Shown here piece by piece: positions 25,928-40,479 of a stretch of 64,000 nt of DNA. Source of the stretch: Octopus sinensis (Eukaryota); assembly GCF_006345805.1 (NCBI RefSeq), contig NC_043000.1:88350001-88414000 (forward strand), in the 5' to 3' direction. The position numbers were made by a program, and so were the translations under genes. Below the pieces are notes generated by a model. It had not been told where the DNA came from. It did not search any database and was given only the letters and a program-made list of their open reading frames with translations. Every line of letters starts with the position of its first letter. The stretch's first letter is position 1.

Positions 25928-26635
25928 GGTGCGATGGATAAATTGTTGCCATTCTATATTTTAAATTTCACGCATGCGCATTATTTGTTTTTGATTTTGT
26001 CGACTACACAATATAGTAGGGTCAGTTAAGCACTCCCTGTGAGAAAAACAGCACCATGATGCAATTCAGTCTGCTAGGAATTTGGAAACGACCTGTTATA
26101 CTGCTTGGCATTCGTGCTGGAAATTTCAATACGAACATTTCAGAGTGTTTGGGTGTCAATCTGAGGGCAGTGCAGAGGATTCAGAAAGAGTTGGATGAGT
26201 CTAATGGTAATTGCAAGGGTGTTTGGAGTGATCACTAGAGATAGCGACGTTATGCCTCTGTTCATCTTCCCACACGGCCTCAGACTCAACACGAAGACTT
26301 ACGTCAAGTGCCTGGGGGAGGTAGTGCTGCTCTAGGTCAAGATGCTGGCTGCTGGAGGACCCTATGTTTGGCAACAAGACTCTGCACCTTGCCACACAAG
26401 CAGGATAATCCAGTCATAGCTGTCAGAAAATTTCTTCCACCACATCATCCCTAACATCTGGCCACCTAATTCCCCAGACTGCATCCTCCTTCATTATGTT
26501 GCGTGGGGCGCAGTTAAGCGTGAGACCAAGAAAACTCCTTGTAAAACCAAAGATGAACTAAACGTTAAAATGAGTTGAAAGTGTTATTTTCATTTTTGCG
26601 TAATTTAGACGACAATATATTCACTGCATTCTGTA
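25923..26635 (+). mobile_element. Tc1/mariner (maT/rosa-like) internally deleted transposon
   Basis: Imperfect TIRs tacacggtgcgatggataaattgt / acaatatattcactgcattctgta, and WQQDSAPCH and WPPNSPDC motifs. Confidence 0.8.
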
Positions 26636-26639
26636 TACA

Positions 26640-26947
<308 letters not shown>

Positions 26948-28073
26948 AAATGCAAAGGAAAAAATCCGTGCTTAAAACATGAAAGCTCATTTCCCAGAGC
27001 ACACAGCTAAATTATATTCAACGGATTTATAGTATACGGATGTGTATGTATGTGCATGTTTGTGTGCATATGTATATGCACGCGCGCGCGTGTGTTTGTA
27101 TGGGTGTTTCGTGAAGGATTGTGGTTGTATGAGTGTGTGGCTATATCTGAATGTATTACGTTTTTTTGGATATTCTCTATTTTATATTGAGCACTTCGGT
27201 GTTCCACACAAATAACTGTTGATCTGCGTTGTTTAAACCGCACATACATACACATACATACATACATACATACATACATACATACATACATACATACATA
27301 CACATACATACATACATATATACATACATATATACACACGTAACAAGGTAATAATAATAAATATATAGATGCTTATAATTGTGATTGTTGACGGTCATCT
27401 TACTTTATTGTAACAGAAAATTATTTGTTCTTTATTAGAGAGAGAAAAAAAAGACAATATTGGGCACTGGTTAGTGGTTGAAAATTAAGTCGGCGTTAAT
27501 GATTCATTATATCAACTGCCAAAGGCGGACATGAGTAGTATGAAGGAAGATAAATGGAAAGCAAAACAAGAGTCAAGAATCTGCTCGCTATCTTCACCTG
27601 CCCATCTTTATTGTTAACAGCAAAGAATTATCTCACACTTTTTTCGATATTCTAAAATAGCCAACAGTCGTCCCTATCATACTGTCAATATCTTTGTTTT
27701 GTGTCTTTCTTCTTTTGTGCGCACACTCCCCTCTTCACCAAACACTGGCTGTCAACTGCGATCGGGTATAGGCGTGTGCTTTCTTGTGTTGTGCATATAT
27801 TTTATTGTAAGCATTCATAAGAATCATTCCTGCCAAAAAATCAGTTTTTCAATCAAGTGCTTCCCTTCTGTTAGACAGGTCACAATGTATCCTAGCAGCT
27901 TTTCATTAACTTAGCGTCATTTCAAGATATAATAAGTCATTCGATTTTCGATGCAACTACTTGATTTAGGAAGAAAAAATCTCTTGCGACCATGGGCGAT
28001 TATTTGTTTTCTAATTATTTTAAATTTGAGTGTGTATATGTGCGTAGAAACACAAGCATATATAACTATAGAT

Positions 28074-28124
<51 letters not shown>

Positions 28125-28549
28125 GAGGGAGAGAGAAGGATGGAGAGAGAAAGTGAGAGAGAAAATAGTTCCAGTATTTTTTAAAATCTAATTTCAAAAT
28201 ATTTTCCTGAAGATTCAAAGTCTCTCTCTATCTCTTTCCCCTTTTCTCTTTCCCTTACTTTCTTTTTCTGTATTATCTCTCCCTGTTGATATATGTATGT
28301 CTGTATGCATGCATGTATGTGTGTATGTACATTTGTATGCATGCATACATGTATGTATGTATGTATGCATGTATATATTTATTATATACATATGTGTACG
28401 TATTCATAATTATATATGTATGTGTGTATTTGTTTGTGATCCTATTTATCTGCGTACATATTTCCAGGCGTACTTCTTGCGTGTGGGAAATAATTAATGC
28501 TGGTAATACACAGTTTAATTAAACATCAGAGAAGCTTTGCCCCAAGCTG

Positions 28550-29200
28550 AAAATGCAGAAGTTCCTTGATGATGTTGAATGCTTCTCTTCTGATAGTGAC
28601 TAAAGCTGTCGTATTGTTCTGAATCCTTTGGTATATTTAGTAGGTATCTTATGCTAATACACGTTTCACATGTTTACTTGAGAAAAGAGATGAATCTGTT
28701 AAAGAAGAAATTAAATGCTTAGAGAAGGGGTCAGTCACTGATCTTTTGTCGACTACAACCATTTTGAACTGGTCTCAGCCGCCACCATGGCTATCTCGTT
28801 GATGTTTTCTGTTCACTTTGTTTAGGTCCAAACCAAACTTCTGCAAGGAAATAGGACACTGATCTTGCGTGGAAACTGCGGTAGTTACCTCCAATAGAGA
28901 ATGAGGTAAAATGCTATCATTAAGCAAGAACGTCTCCGACAAATTGTTCGTATTTTGCTTTCTAGTAGATGAGAAATTTGAAGTCTGTCCTCCGAGCGCA
29001 CTATGAGATTAACCACAATGATCACTTATGTGTTTCATCGATTTCCTATCTTTTCGCCTTATAGTCACATTTTCCAGATGGTCTCTGGCTTACTAAAACG
29101 ATTGCAGGATCGTGCTTGGGATTCTATACAAGTTTTTCCAACTACTGCATTATACGAAGATGAAATTTACTTGTGTATGAAACTTACTCCAGGATTCAAT
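28550..29200 (-). mobile_element. Probable RTE-like LINE endonuclease remnant
   Basis: Broken frames give YNAVVGK (GDFNAxVG-like) and SHLLESKIR (SDHxLL-like). Confidence 0.35.
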
Positions 29201-29661
29201 CAATCAATCATATATAGATATATATACACAGACAAACAGGAAGTAAATAGACACCTTTAATTTTCAAAATCTTTTATTTAATACGCAAAGCGAACAATTG
29301 AAATGTAATCGATAGGTAGGACTACATACTTTAGTATTTAGTTGACATTCCCATTGCAGATTTTAATTCAGGAACTCTTTTTGGCATTGAACTGATGTGC
29401 CTTGTGATACACCTATACTCGAGTATGTATGTATGTATGTATGTATGTATGTATGTATGTATGTATGTATGTATGTATGTATGTATGTATGTGTATATCT
29501 ATATATGTATGTATTTATATATTATGTAAGTATTTAGGTATGTAAGTGTATAGACATGTCTTGTCTGCGTGTACATACACATATGCACATGTAAACGTAT
29601 GTTTATGTACTGATTTGTGTGTCTGTTCAAGTCGTATATATGACAGTTACTCTGTCGAAGA

Positions 29662-29705
<44 letters not shown>

Positions 29706-29889
29706 TTTCTCACCACTGTCTAACGGAGGAAATATAAACGTCATAGATACACGGTAGGTTTACATGCAAATTTAAACCTACCTATACATATGCACAAGCA
29801 CACACAATCATATAAACATGTATACACACACATATATACGCTTATCCATCCATCTCTCTCTCTCTCCCTCTCTCTCTCTATATATATAT

Positions 29890-30090
29890 AGTGAGAATTT
29901 ACAAAGAAACAAAAGAGGAGTAGGGGTGTGTAAACAACAAACAGATGTATTAGTTTAACGCTCGGGAAGTGAGAAAGACTTTAACATTTCGAGCCTAGCC
30001 TCTTCGACAGAAAGGGACATAGAAATAAACAGGGAGGGAAAATAGAAAAATGTATAGTGACTAGTGATCTATCATGGCGAATGATATATA
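29890..30090 (-). mobile_element. Penelope-like 3' tail with variant hammerhead core
   Basis: Reverse complement of the tail at 49300-49435 (gaagag..taggctcgaaa.gttaaag...cttcccgagcgttaaactaatac). It ends at (TA)n. Confidence 0.65.
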
Positions 30091-30282
30091 TATTTTATAT
30101 TTTATATTTTATATTTTAAATTAATTTTATGTATTGGCTTATGTTTTTCACTGTTTGATTTGCCTAATAGTGGTTTTATCTCTAATTTAATATAATATAA
30201 TATAATATAATATAATATAATATAATATAATATAATATATTTATGCTATAAAATTGGATTTAATCCTAAATCTCATTTTTCC

Positions 30283-30348
<66 letters not shown>

Positions 30349-30355
30349 CATATAT

Positions 30356-30690
30356 ATCTATATCTATATATTTATAAGATGAGAATGTGTGTCTGTTTGT
30401 CTGAGTGTCTGTCTATGTCTGTGTGAATCCTTGGAACTTGAGAACTATACAACCAATTTCATTCAAATGTTACACATGCCTTACTGAGGGCCCATGTAGT
30501 GTCATAGGCCAAAGAATATTTTAACTTCTTGCCTAGTGCGAGCCCACATCAATACCATATCTTCTCCACTATTTCAATATTACGTGTCAAAAGTGAACCA
30601 ATAACATCTCTCTATTGTAATGTCAGATACTTTCACTTTAATAATTTCACTTTAATACTGAAATTATTAAAGTGAAACTCTTATCTCACA
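30356..30690 (+). mobile_element. Non-autonomous Helitron-like 5' fragment
   Basis: Begins TCTATATCTATATATTTATAA followed by a gtctgt microsatellite and accaatttcattcaaa, as in Lep1-type elements. No 3' CTAG was found. Confidence 0.45.
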
Positions 30691-30713
30691 TATATACAGG
30701 TATACATACATAT

Positions 30714-30793
<80 letters not shown>

Positions 30794-30849
30794 CTGCACA
30801 AATGTCTATATATACATGTATATATATTGAATTGTATATATACTGAATT

Positions 30850-31430
30850 GCCTTGAAAACCACCTCCAAACCAAATACCCCACCAATCTATTAGTTGCGT
30901 TCTGGTTATCATAACTGCCCTTTCTTCTTTTGTTCCAGAAAAAATTGCAGCTATTACCCATTCCAGCTCTGTTTTCGGCGGGATCCTGCCCACCGTAATC
31001 CTCGTTGGACGTCTCCCAGCTGAATGGGTAGACGACAATTTCTTCAAACACTCCTCTAGCTCCTCCTTGTTTGCACTCTCTACTCTTTTATTTTTCCTTG
31101 AAAACGATGTATATTCCACCACTGTAATTTCCATTTTCGCCTTTTCCTCCTTTGATGGGGTCAACTTTACGTTAGGCTACTGTCTTTGTACCATCTCTTA
31201 ATATTTGCCATATTTCTTAGCCATGTCTTCATTCCAGTGCTTTTCGTATTGCTTTAGAAGGCCTGGGACGACGGAATCCCTACTCCCCGTCGCTGTCACA
31301 TATGTCTTCACTTTCTCCATCTCTGCCACGCTCACCAAACAATGGTGGCATTATACTAAAAAACCGCTGCAAAGCAGCTCAACGAACAGAAAACTAAAGC
31401 GATGCAAAAGCACGTCCGACATGTAAAGTT
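30850..31430 (-). pseudogene. Disrupted ORF, probably the 5' end or ORF1 of a retroelement
   Basis: One frame reads MEKVKTYVTATGSRDSVVPGLLKQYEKHWNEDMAKKYGKY*EMVQRQ*PNVKLTPSKEEKAKMEITVVEY...[13 protein letters not shown], with two in-frame stops, and is truncated at (TA)n. Confidence 0.45.
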
Positions 31431-32464
31431 TGAAACTGTTAAATGAATAGGTTCCCTAAAGTTTTTTTTTAACACTGTGATAAACATTTAGTTTTCTTTT
31501 AGTTTAAAAAAAAGGAAAAGAAATAAGTAAGGACTCTATGAACATTGGTTTAAAAGGGTTATTATGGTAGGGCAAAAGTGAAGCGGGAAGTCACAGTTTT
31601 GCCTCGGAACGATGCTAAAGCTTGTGTTAAAGGAATACACGGTTTCATCTCGCAGCTGGAGTGAGATGGCCGGCTCATTTGCATTGTAAATATATTCATT
31701 TCACATTCATCCTTCATATGATTTATTTTCGCGCATGTCTTTGAATGTTCCCTCTGTAATTAGGCCTTGTGCCTGTAATAAAGAATTAATCTCTAGCGGA
31801 CAGGTATGCAACACCGTAAATGAGAACAAAGAACTTGAAACCATACGATCTGGTGTCCTGTCGCTGGAAGATGGTAGCGTTTTGGTCCACTTTACTACGT
31901 GCCTGCGCGCGCGCGCGTGTGTGAATGAATAAATATGAACGCTGAAAAAATAATGGTATCAGTTGTACTTGGTGCAGCATATATTTGAAAAGTAAATAAT
32001 GCTCTCATGTTTTGAGTCTAATCGTTACTGTTTAATCAAGACTGGCTAAACCTAATCCTCGATATTTAATCAAGTCTAATTGATACCACTCTTTGATCAT
32101 TTCTTCTATTTCTTGATTATTCAGCATCTTAGTATTATAGGTTTCTTTTTATCTTGCTAGTATTATGGAAGTTAGTATTTTAATTGTTTTTAACAATGAT
32201 AATATTCTTTGTGCTTGGCTTAGTAGAATTAGTAAGCTGAATAAATTTTGTTACGGCTTGTTTTTAGAAAGGTGTTTTGTTAATGTTTATATTATTTAAC
32301 TTTACATTCAACTATCGAAGAAACTGTGTTTATGTGAATTTAATTACTACTTGTACAGCAAAATAGTTTCCAAACGAAAATACAAAAAAAAGTAGAGTAT
32401 CGTTTATATAAAACAATATGCGATATTTTACTCAATCCAACCACAGAAAGAACCATTAACTTTA

Positions 32465-33163
32465 ATATTGGTTTCAAATTTTAGCACAAATCAGCAATTT
32501 TGGGGGAGGGAGTAAGTCGATTACATCGATCCTAGTGTTAAACTGGTATTTATTTTATCGACTTCGAAAAGATGAATGGCAAAGTCAACCCCGACGGCGT
32601 TTGAACTTACAATGTCGAGTTGGAAGAAATGCCGTAAAGTATTTTTTTTCGGCGCGGTAACATTTCTGCCAGCTCAACGTCTTGCCATTACTTTTAATAT
32701 GAGTTTCAAATTTTGGCACAATGCAAGCAATTTCGTGGGCGGGGACTAGTCAATTACATCGACCCCTATATTAAACTGGTACTTATTTTATCGATCGAGA
32801 AATAATGAAAAGTAAAGTCGACCTCGGCGGAATTCAAACTCAGAACGTATAGACAGATGAAATGCCGTTAAGCATTTTTCCATCACGTTAAAGCTTCTGC
32901 CAGCTCGCGGCCTTAGCATTTTATATTTTAATGCTGGAGAATATTGCTTAAAGTAGCAAGCTGGCAGAATCGTTTGCTTGCTGGGCGAAATGCTTGGCGA
33001 CATTTAGTTCGGCCTTGCGTTCCAGTTCATCCGGGGTTGACTTTACCATTCTGCCTCTTGAGGTCGATAAAATAAGTACCAGTTGAGTATTTGGGTTGAG
33101 GTAATCAATTCATCCCCTCCCCCGAAATGGCTGGCCATGTGCAAAAATATGAAATCAATATTG
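32465..33163. mobile_element. Three tRNA-derived SINEs of family 2 (-, -, +)
   Basis: Copies at about 32465-32683 (-), 32697-32914 (-) and 32950-33163 (+) share agctggcagaa...ttcaaa...ggtcgataaaataagtaccag...aaaatttgaaacc. Confidence 0.85.
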
Positions 33164-33783
33164 AAGAGTATCTACTAGGTCCCATTGTACAAAACTTAAA
33201 TTACACACACATACATTTGTATCATCTTAAATATTTTATCGTCTCATTTATTTATCTATTTATTTATTTTCCTTTATTCTTTTCTTCGTTATGAATCACC
33301 TTTCACACTATTACTTGACCGGATAATTTAGATTTGTAGTTTATTACGTATCCGTTTTTCTTTTTCTTTCGTTTTTATTGTGACTTGCTAATAAAATGTT
33401 AAGGACATTCAAATAGCTTTGTATACTGTGCTGAATCAGGGCTTGTTCAGAAAATCGATTTACACATAACTTGATGAGTCAATATTTTCCAGTATTACCG
33501 GAATTATAATGACTCCATGTATTATTTCATATATAATAATGTTACAGCAATAAAATTCTTGTAAAGTATCCATGAAATAATTATTGAATTATGCAATAAA
33601 ACGAGTTGCTCGCTATATTTTCCTTGTTAATATTTATATTAACATTTATGGGTTTTTCAGATACAGCATCACTTGAACGATCCATTTTCCTTGTTTAATA
33701 GTAGCTGATGCTCGATACCCGTGGAAGGATTTTATAAGGGAAACTGAAAGTTTAAAACCCAAATGAAATATGTATATATATAT

Positions 33784-33955
33784 AGGCGCAGGAGTGGTTG
33801 TGTGATAAGTAGCTTGCTAACCAACCACATGGTTCTGGGTTCAGTCCCACTGCGTGGCATCTTGGGCAAGTGTCTTCTGCTATAGCCCCGGGCCGACCAA
33901 TGCCTTGTGAGTGGATTTGGTAGACGGAAACTGAAAGAATCCTGTCGTATATATG

Positions 33956-34009
<54 letters not shown>

Positions 34010-34225
34010 TGTGTCTGTGTTTGTCCCCCTAGCATTGCTTGACAACCGATGCTGGTGTGTTTACGTCCCCGTCACTTAGCGGTTCGGCAATAGACACCGA
34101 TAGAATAAGTACTGGGCTTACAAATAATAAGTTCCGGGGTCGATTTGGTCGACTAAAGGCGGTGCTCCAGCATGGTCGCAGTCAAATGACTGAAACAAGT
34201 AAAAGAGTAAAAGAATAAGAGTAAT
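33784..34225 (+). mobile_element. tRNA-derived SINE family 1, full length with internal (TA)/(TG) tract
   Basis: Head ggcgcaggagtggttgtgtg...ggttcagtcccact and tail gactgaaacaagtaaaagagtaaaaga. Confidence 0.9.
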
Positions 34226-34499
34226 ATATATATATTGGCAATAAATTATAACGTTGAGAACATGGAGGCTGATACATCCTCAGAATTTATTTCCTTATAT
34301 TGTACTATGTCATACAGCATATTTTTATGGTTACGAAGACCTACACGTGTTTCTAATGCACAGATTATGTGCAGTTGTTTATGCAACCGAACATAATTTT
34401 CTTGCAGCTTCGTTCAGGGTCTTTCAACCAGCTTAGCTCAAAGAGAACTCAATTCAGTTATTTGTGTATTGGTTATGGTTCAGGAGGAAGTGAGGGGAG

Positions 34500-35665
34500 G
34501 GGGCTTTAAATATAAAATTTGATCCGTTTGTAAACTAGTGTGATTGACCTAGGATTCACACCAGTTGCTGGCCGAAGTCAGGGATCTGTCTAATTAGGTC
34601 AGAGTTTATGTTACTCCTTTGTGTATTGTAGTAGATGGTACCTAATAAGCTTACTTTCAAGTATAGTTCTTGTAATGTATAGTACTATGGGTGGGGTTTT
34701 GAATTATCTAAAATGTGTGCTAAATTTCTGAAAGTTATGTTTATGTAAGCCTTTTAAGACCTGTTCCTGCTTGCTATTAAGTAATTTGTCTCTACGTAAT
34801 GATTTGGTACAGTTCTTCTATATTCTATACATTTATTCCACCCCGCCCCTATTCCATTCAGTTCAGCTGTACCGATTATCCCCCATCCTGTGGTAAACTC
34901 TAGGTCTTATCTTTAATGAACCGTGTTAGCCTGATTAAGCTCGTGCTGTTCATCTTTTACTGAAATATTCATTCAAATGATTTGTTAGCTTTTTTTTTAA
35001 AACTTAGCGAGGGCCTTATATAAAAGTATACCCCTCCCTCAGAAATGATCGTACATCGATGTACTAGGTTCTTCGTCAAACATCTAGAAGACCTAATTGC
35101 CTGCTGTTATCATTTATTTTGTTGTATTTCCTGCTATTTTTCTCAGTTTTCCTCATTTCTATGAATCTACAATTTTTCCTAAGTTTGCTATTTTTCCTGG
35201 GTTGCTATTTCTAGCGATTCTTGTGGATGTAGAGGCTATATAAATATATATTGTCAAATCGAATAATCAAAAGAAGAACAGAAGTTAAGTGAAGTCAAAT
35301 GAAGTGAGGTGAAGTAAAGAGTCACGGACAAATTAAAATGATTCAGTGAAAAGAACAAAAATGATATACTCCGAAGGAATTTCAAAGTAGGGTAATCCAA
35401 GGTCAGAGTAAGAAAATCCATGAATCAGGTACTCTAAATAGGACAGAAGGATGTAGAGGTTCGTGTGAACATGCGATAAATAGTCAAATCGAGTAATCGA
35501 AATTAAAAACGACAAAAACAAAATAACAAAATAACTGAAGGACGTGCATATGGAATGTATTAGTTAAACGCTCGGTGAAGGTGGGAAAAATATAGGGTTT
35601 TTCATGTTTCGAGCATAACTCCTCATCAGAAAGGGAAACGAAAAAGTTCAGAGAGGAGAAAAGTA
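34500..35665 (-). mobile_element. Decayed Penelope-like element with variant hammerhead in its terminal part
   Basis: The - strand reads cuuu CUGAUGA G GAG uuaug CUC GAAAC at 35598-35633, followed by ccgagcgtttaactaatac, which is shared with the 29.9 kb and 49.3 kb tails. Confidence 0.5.
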
Positions 35666-35757
35666 TAACTATATTTATGTATGTATGTATGTATGTATGT
35701 ATGTATGTATGTATGTATGTATGTATCTATGTGTGTATGTATGTATGTGTTTACATG

Positions 35758-35810
<53 letters not shown>

Positions 35811-35824
35811 CTCTCTCTATATTA

Positions 35825-35916
<92 letters not shown>

Positions 35917-36024
35917 GTATATATACGTACACGAATGTATTTACGTACGGACACACACACACATGTATAAATATGTCTCTACATATGTATCTCTGTGAGT
36001 ATATTATTGTTCATACATGTATTA

Positions 36025-36081
<57 letters not shown>

Positions 36082-36811
36082 CGGGTCGAATGCTGTATGT
36101 ATGTCTATAATTACAGTCTCGTCTGCCATTTCAAGCAAATACACGAACAAGTGTATTTATTTGTAATCGAAAAAATAGGATAAACTAACGAGAACGCCAT
36201 TGTAAAACATCGATTTGCATTGTTATAGGATAAAAGAAACAGAAATGAAACGGGAGAGGCGTGGAGAATTATTGTAGAAATGGGAAGTTTAAAAAATCAG
36301 TTTATCTATGTGGTGGGCGTCTAGAATAATTAAAACATTGCTGTTGTTTATGCTTCAAATTTGGCTGTTTGTCTAAGTGCTTTTCATACATTTTAACTGC
36401 ATTGTTATCAGCACCTGCCTAAAACAAAGCATTTTAAAACACACTCCACCGTTCCTTTGTCAAATTTAAAAATATATTCCATTGACTTTCACATAAAAGA
36501 CCTTTATAAATATAACAGAGATATCTGAGATTAAAAACACTCTTACGTTTAGAAAGTTTTGTTTGAAATATATTTCCGGGTTAGCAGAAAATGATTAAAC
36601 AAACATATCTATTACTGTCTTGATTGATTTCTGCCTACTAGTCTATTTGTGCATTCCCTATCCCCGTAAATCACTATCCATCGGTCTATCACTCTGTCTA
36701 CACAAGGTATATATGTGTGAGTGTCTATATAAAGGTATACACATCCATATAACAAACACCTCTCTCTTTCACTCTTCACTCTCTCCCCATTCTCTCTCTC
36801 TTTCTCTCTTT

Positions 36812-37780
36812 ATATCCAGAGGGTGTAAGAAATTTTGAGGACAGATTTATGCTTATAAAAATACCAGATATATAATACAAGATAATTTTATTTATCACAA
36901 AATGTAATGATAAAAATAGACCTTCTTTTCTGCAATGTTATTTAATAAAGCTACCTTCATCTTCAACAACTGCTTCTCTATGAGATCTAAACCATCTACA
37001 TGCTCGAATCAAGGGGTCTTGGTTCATTTTGGACATTATTCTGACTATAGCGGCTTTCAAGGGATCTCTAGTGTTATAGGCGTGTTCCTTGACCTCTCTC
37101 TCAACAACGCACTACGTGTAATAGTCCGATGGATTGAGATCTGGTGAATTAGGAGGCCAAATGTTAGGTGTTATGTGACCATAGAAATTTTCAGCCATCC
37201 ATTCCTGTGTTACTAGGGCCATGTGTGCTAGTAGAGTCTTACCGAAACACATATGGCCTTCCATTGCATACACTGTCTATCCAGGGTTTAACAATTGTTT
37301 CCAGGACCTCAATACGGGCGGCAGAGTTAACTCTAAAGCCTTGTGGAAAGAAGTAAAGAGGCACCAAATGTTCTTCATTGCTGACAACTCCTAAACCATG
37401 ACAAATTCTGGAATTTTGTATGCATAACACTTGGAACTTCAGAAGGGTCTGCACGTAATCATCTGTTGTTTCTTCTGTTAACTTTTTGATCTTGGTCGAA
37501 TTTTTCTCGTTTGAGAAAAAGCAAATCAAATCTTCTGCTGAAATTTTCACTTCGTTTAAGAAACATTTAGATCTGATTCCGTAATTTTCTTTGTTTTTTT
37601 TCTAACATATTGACTTTTCCTCATCACATAAGTCTTACATCTGATGTCCTTGTGGACTACATTTCTGACTTCCTTCTGACACGTGGAGACCTCTTGCAAT
37701 TGTCATCATGGACTTTCTGGGATTGTAATCAATGGTCTGTTGAACTTACTGGATGAATTCAAGTGTTCATTTAGTGAAAA
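36812..37780 (-). mobile_element. Tc1/mariner (maT/rosa-like) transposase remnant
   Basis: CFFSNEKN, DQDQKVNRRN, GVVSNEEH, VKPWIDSVCNGRPYVF and WPPNSPDLNP motifs. Confidence 0.85.
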
Positions 37781-37784
37781 TTAT

Positions 37785-38120
37785 ACTGTTGATGTGAAAA
37801 TGGTACCCTCTTTCTCAAAGGCTGTCATTACTTTCGTGGCATTACTTCTTGATACACCAAACATTTCGGCTGCTTTCGCTACGCTAGTGCCTGCCATATG
37901 AGCACCAACAATTTGACCTCTTTGAAAGTCCAGCAGATCTGTCATTTTAATGAATTTTTATTATCTTTTTCAGATGATATCTGAAAAGAAACGATTTTAG
38001 CCAAAGATATTAAGCAACACTAATAATAAATCAAAAACATAAAAATAAACAAGATTTTGACGGTTTTATAGATATTTCAAAATTATGTTGCTAGGTGTTT
38101 CCATTATTTTGTCTAACCCC

Positions 38121-38125
<5 letters not shown>
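37785..38125 (-). mobile_element. Tc1 5' end (TIR plus N-terminal HTH)
   Basis: TIR-like caggggttagacaaaataatggaaacacct and MTDLLDFQRGQIVGAHMAGTSVAKAAEMFGVSRS. Confidence 0.8.
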
Positions 38126-38211
<86 letters not shown>

Positions 38212-38239
38212 TGTGTGTGTATTTGTATATATGTATAAG

Positions 38240-38420
38240 TATGTATATATATATATATACACGACAGGTTACTTTCAGCTTCCCTCTACTAAATCCACTC
38301 GCAAGACTTTGGTCAGCCCGAGGCTATTGTAGAACAGACTTACCAAAAGTACCATGCAGTGGGACTGGACCCAGAACTATGTTGTTAAGAAACAAGTTTC
38401 TCACCATACACCCACGCCAG
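38240..38420 (-). mobile_element. SINE family 1, 5' half
   Basis: ctttcagcttccctctactaaatccactcgcaag...agtgggactggacccag matches the family. Confidence 0.75.
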
Positions 38421-40479
38421 TCGAACATAATATTCTTACGATAAATTGCTAGTAAAGAGGTTATGGAATGATAATTAAAAAAATTTGATTTATTCATGAT
38501 GCTTTTAAACCAAGCAAAACCTTCTTACACACTGCACTATTCTTAATATACATAGGAGTTATTAATAAATAGCCTAAATAACTTGCATTAAACATTGCTT
38601 ATCTATAATTTTCATATCAGGTTTTGTTTGCTTTTGCTTTGAAATTGGAATATCTACTGCTAGTAAGTTCGATATTGAATACATATTTTAATTATCCTGT
38701 TTCTGTAGAGATTAGAAAACTTGGAATTCTAGGAAAAGAGATGGTGGGAAAATATGAAATATGAAAAAACAGTGAAAAACGAAATGTCGAGTTAAAAAGT
38801 GTTTTTGTCGTACTTCAGATTAAATTTCAGGGATACTACACTATACTATGATATATTTCACCTTTACATTAGTCACATCTGAATGCTAAGAACCAGAAAG
38901 TTATTTAATTCTTTCTTTCAATTGTTTGTTGTAGTTGCATGACGTGAGTTTATTTATCTTGTACAAATGTTTGCATTCTCTCCCGCATTCATCTTCCGAG
39001 GTCATCATCACATGTCATTTTGAGATGAGGAGACAACTAACTTCAATTGTTCGACGGTTCAAACCGACCTGAATGATATCTTTTGAATTGTAAAATACAG
39101 TTATTGTGAACTGTCTATTCACCATTTCTTCAACAATAGTATTGCTCTTTTTGAAAGCTAACTGATATATTGCAAATTTAAAAAAAAAACATGTTATGAC
39201 ACTATCGCAATTTTTGTTTAGCTTGGTATCCACGATTCTATTTAATGGCTAATTCACTTGTGAGTGCGAATAATTCTGTAATTTACTTTCAATAACAGAC
39301 TTAGGTTTGCTAAAACCACGAAAAGCTTCGTAAGTCCATTAGTTTTAAATGAGAAAATCTCCAGCGAGTATACGTTTTTAAATCGAATGATCGATGGACA
39401 CCATTTATGAACTTCCTAGTTTGACAGCGAATTCTGTTTAATTGCCTTCATTGTTTGCTCCAATGAGCTTATGTTTTTCTCATATAATGCAAAATATTCT
39501 CGCTCCATACATAAGACACAATCCCAATGTTTTATCAGCTGAATGGCTCATGCAAATTAATTATTTCTAACTTAGTTATCAAGATAAGTCCATCAAAGAT
39601 TTCTGTTCTGATAAGAATTTGCAAAATCTATTAGGATATTGCTTCCCACATCTAATATATCAATTTAAGTATAGCTCATATTTTCTGTACCATATAAAAA
39701 TGCGTGTTTTCTTACACCCACATTCTATTCATCGTTATCTTCCTCATATTAACCCCTATGTCAGTGATATCGTAGTACATACATTGGCATTATCAGCAGA
39801 ACAACGCTGTGGTTTCATCTATGCACGGACGCATACATAAACCAAATCGTTCCCATACTTCATATATGTCCAGAATGCTTGTGAATAAAAGAATGTTTCA
39901 CGTGAGTTTATTATATCTACGGTTCATGTTTTTAATATATGGTTTTGAATATTTCCTATTATCGATATTAAGTGACAGAGTTATAAGAGTAAGATTCCTC
40001 GAAAAAGCCATATTTTGATTAGGTGAAACTGCTTTCTGAGAAGCATCATCTTTGATGTAGCTCTTGGAATGGAATCATTTATCATCTTAGTAGATATGTT
40101 AAGAGGAATTTCAAAATAAAACTGTTATCGACGTGAAACTTAGAGATCATAGAAAAGTGTCGTATTAATCATTTGTAAGTTGATTTTTGTTTTTTGCTAT
40201 GAAAGGAAAGAAAAAGAAGTGAAAGCGCGAAGAGAAATAGAAAACAAGATAGATACAAAAAAAAGGGGGAATGCAGAAATAGACATAGCGACGAAAAAGT
40301 GAATGGCCCTTAAAAGAAAAGAAACATAGCTAAAAAGAAAAAACTTTTGAGGAGAATATCTGGAAATGAACGAATATTTAGGAGTGTTAAACTCTTCTTG
40401 GTATGTCAGTGAAATTTTAATGAGGTAAACTGTGAGAAGAAAATGTAAGGAATGAAATTAATATGTTTTTTCTTAGGAT

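Noticed and set aside
39069-39161. 93-nt open candidate exon on - (LAFKKSNTIVEEMVNRQFTITVFYNSKDIIQ)
   Set aside because: The donor is weak (gtcggt), there is no recognisable homology, and the phase does not directly match the 52870 candidate.
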